Assembly (NCBI GenBank): GCA_903889905.1
Contig: CAISZI010000028.1
Span: 4,156-68,155 of the forward strand
Origin: Candidatus Wirthbacteria bacterium
GTDB taxonomy: Bacteria; Patescibacteriota; CG2-30-54-11
DNA: 64,000 bases
Reading direction: 5' to 3'
Positions 61,758-64,000 of this stretch are shown in pieces. The translations under genes and the position numbers were made by a program. The notes under the pieces are model-generated. The model worked only from the letters and a program-made list of their open reading frames with translations, ran no database searches and was not told the origin of the DNA. The number at the start of each line of letters is the position of its first letter. Positions within the stretch are counted from its first letter, which is position 1.

Positions 61758-62348
61758 CCCCGCCTGATTAATTGCCTCATACTTCCAGATCACCCCCGCA
61801 TTGGGACTGAACTCAAGCCGCAGCAACTGCCCGTCCTGGTATTGCTGGCTGATTGCTGCTATTTCAACGGGCGACACCAGGCTACTAAACCTACGGCCCT
61901 GCACATCAATCGCCTGTTGAAATTCTGGCTTCAACCATGTTTTCCAATTGGGTGAGAATAACCAGAATAAACGTTGAAAATTGGCAAGACTAAAAGTCGG
62001 CAAATGCATATTTTCAACAGGAACTTTGACCATACTTCCCTCCATTGCAAATACCGGCGCATCGATATCCAATGCCAAAGATTGATCCGGACGATTGGTG
62101 GTATAACTGCGACTAATCGCCACCATAAAGGCAATCAGACTCAAAAACCAAATGAGTAAAAATGAAAATATCATCGCCATAATTAGCAACACAACCAGCA
62201 AACCCATTGCCAGCTGAATACTACTTTTCCGTTCCATCACAGCATGCTCGTGTAGAACGATCAACTGTTGCTTTTCGGTTGGTTGCAGGTCTCTCAAGAC
62301 TTTGCCAGGAGGTAACGGTTTGACGAGATTTTCAACGGACTTCTGCAT
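61722..62348 (-). CDS. Hypothetical membrane protein
   Basis: 208-aa ORF abutting purN, long hydrophobic hairpin segment. Confidence 0.65.
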   Translation of the reverse strand: MQKSVENLVKPLPPGKVLRDLQPTEKQQLIVLHEHAVMERKSSIQLAMGLLVVLLIMAMIFSFLLIWFLSLIAFMVAISRSYTTNRPDQSLALDIDAPVFAMEGSMVKVPVENMHLPTFSLANFQRLFWLFSPNWKTWLKPEFQQAIDVQGRRFSSLVSPVEIAAISQQYQDGQLLRLEFSPNAGVIWKYEAINQAGINPPAPPLHRG

Positions 62349-62978
62349 TTATGCATCCTTGAGAAAAACGATATTGTTGTTGATCACAATTCTTCCCTCT
62401 GCCCACGCCTCCAGCACCGCGACAAATCCTTCCACCTCCAATTGCTGCACCTTATCCTTCAAACTCTCCACCGTTTCGTCATGTTCAACCGGAATTGCCT
62501 TTTGCCAGATGATCGGGCCACTGTCGGTGCCTTCATCGACAAAATGCAGTGTACACCCTGTGACCTTGACTCCCGCATCCAGTATCGCCTGGTGCACATT
62601 GAGATCCATGCCACCCCCAAAAGCAGGGAGCAGCGACGGGTGGACATTGATAATACGACTCTGAAAGTGCTGCACAAACCATGGACTCAAAATCCGCATG
62701 TAACCAATCAGCAGAATCAACTCCACGCCAAGTTTATCAAAAATTGCCGCCACTGCGCGATCAAATTCTTCACGTGTCGCAAAGGCAGTTGGATCGACAA
62801 ACTGGCATGACAAATGATGCTGATGGCAACGCTCAATAACAGGTGCATCCGCTTTGTTGGTGAGCACCATCGCGACCTCAACCTGGGTAAGTTTCCCGCT
62901 TGCCTGCGCCTCAAGAATGCCTTGCAGGTCGGAACCGCGGGTGGAAGCCATGACACCGATTTTGAATGTCTGTTGCAT
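62349..62978 (-). CDS. purN: Phosphoribosylglycinamide formyltransferase
   Basis: STRGSDL, GYMRIL, INVHPSLLP, GCTLHFVD..DSGPII. Confidence 0.95.
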   Translation of the reverse strand: MQQTFKIGVMASTRGSDLQGILEAQASGKLTQVEVAMVLTNKADAPVIERCHQHHLSCQFVDPTAFATREEFDRAVAAIFDKLGVELILLIGYMRILSPWFVQHFQSRIINVHPSLLPAFGGGMDLNVHQAILDAGVKVTGCTLHFVDEGTDSGPIIWQKAIPVEHDETVESLKDKVQQLEVEGFVAVLEAWAEGRIVINNNIVFLKDA

Positions 62979-62994
62979 CTTTGCCTCTCGATCT

Positions 62995-63089
62995 ATCATT
63001 GCGAATCCTGTTTCGGGATGTGGCAATCTAGTGTATTGGATCCTGTGACCGATAAAGATGAAAGATTGCCGCGCATGGCTCGCAATGAC
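62995..63089. repeat. Repeat family A, empty inverted pair between purM and purN
   Basis: ATCATTGCGAATCCTGTTTCGGGATGTGGCAATCT ... AGATTGCCGCGCATGGCTCGCAATGAC. Confidence 0.8.
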
Positions 63090-63132
63090 TGCTGAAAACT
63101 GAATAAAGATATAATGTCTTTGTTCAAAAAAA

Positions 63133-64000
63133 TTACTCTCTCACTTTTAAACTTTCCCCGCCAAACGTCACTCCGATTGATCGCAGCTCCACCTGTTTAG
63201 GTCCTGCCTGCAGAAAACCCACATCATAGGCCATAATCTGCTGCTCGGCTGCCAGCTTGATTGTTGCGGCCACATCCTTTGCCGCGACAAAAGCCGCAAA
63301 CCCGGCGCCCATGTTAAAATTGCCGTACATTTCTTCATCTCCCAGCCCAGATTGCTGCTGGATAAAATTCAAAACCGCAGGGACTGGTGGCAAATCCGTG
63401 ATGATATACTGCCAGTCCTCTGAACGTCGCATCAACTTGCGCCAGCCGTGGCCAGTGATGTTGACGAGGTATCGCAGATCCACTTTGGCTGCGAGCAATG
63501 ACTCGACCAGGCGTGCGTAAATAATCGTTGGATCAAGTAAAGCGTCACCATAGTGGCGACCATCGTCCATTCGCGTCAAAAATCCTTCCGGCAACTGCTC
63601 GGCCAGCTTACGCGCCAATGTCAGTCCATTGGCATGAATGCCGCTGCTTGCAAACACCACGATGCGTAATCCAGCGGCAAGCGGTTTGCCAATGAGCAGA
63701 TTTTCGCGCGGACGGATGATGCCCATGCAAGCACCCGCCAAATCGATCGATTCAGCGTTAACGAGACCAGAAAGTGTCGGTGTTTCGCCACCACCCCAAA
63801 CCGCTCCCGCGAGGTCGCAGGCATAGGCCCAACCATCGAGCAGCTGATGCACCTGTTCCTCATGCGCAAACCATTCACTGCTGCCCACTGCCCAATAAGC
63901 GTGTACCACCAACGGTTTGGCACCAACCGTGATCAGATCATTGACCATCATCGCCACCGTGTCCTGGGCAATTGCTGCATAGTGGTGTTTACCGGTGAGT
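63133..64000 (-). CDS. purM: AIR synthase (5' part outside the window)
   Basis: AMMVNDL, GGET, SSGIHANG, ITGHG, FNMGAG. Confidence 0.92.
   Translation of the reverse strand, partial: LTGKHHYAAIAQDTVAMMVNDLITVGAKPLVVHAYWAVGSSEWFAHEEQVHQLLDGWAYACDLAGAVWGGGETPTLSGLVNAESIDLAGACMGIIRPRENLLIGKPLAAGLRIVVFASSGIHANGLTLARKLAEQLPEGFLTRMDDGRHYGDALLDPTIIYARLVESLLAAKVDLRYLVNITGHGWRKLMRRSEDWQYIITDLPPVPAVLNFIQQQSGLGDEEMYGNFNMGAGFAAFVAAKDVAATIKLAAEQQIMAYDVGFLQAGPKQVELRSIGVTFGGESLKVRE

Overview
Bacterial chromosomal window in the standard genetic code. Gene content and order (rpsF-ssb-rpsR, secG-peptide SBP-ruvCAB, VirB2-like pilin plus VirB6/TrbL-like proteins, giant DUF11 surface protein) suggest a Patescibacteria/CPR-like organism. 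This is an inference; the window also carries de novo purine genes (purM, purN, purF). Housekeeping genes include tlyA, tgt, tpiA, maf, uvrC, truB, recG, rpe, fsa/tal, yidC and tRNA-Cys. Accessory content: (1) a family of GTCATTGCGAG...GGCAATCT inverted repeats that bracket a small GIY-YIG nuclease gene and most of a split type ISP-like restriction-modification locus, with one copy in-frame in a CDS and two empty pairs elsewhere; (2) a ~300-nt structured spacer splitting the R-M gene; (3) two paralogous giant VirB6-like proteins, each beside a large membrane-anchored surface protein; (4) UvrC with an inserted GNAT domain and an in-frame REP; (5) a two-OB-fold SSB; (6) three tandem S41 proteases with a 175-nt structured element between them; (7) a ~2330-aa orphan. 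No CRISPR array, rRNA, integrase or transposase was recognised. Start codons were adjusted by eye where the ORF track overshoots.
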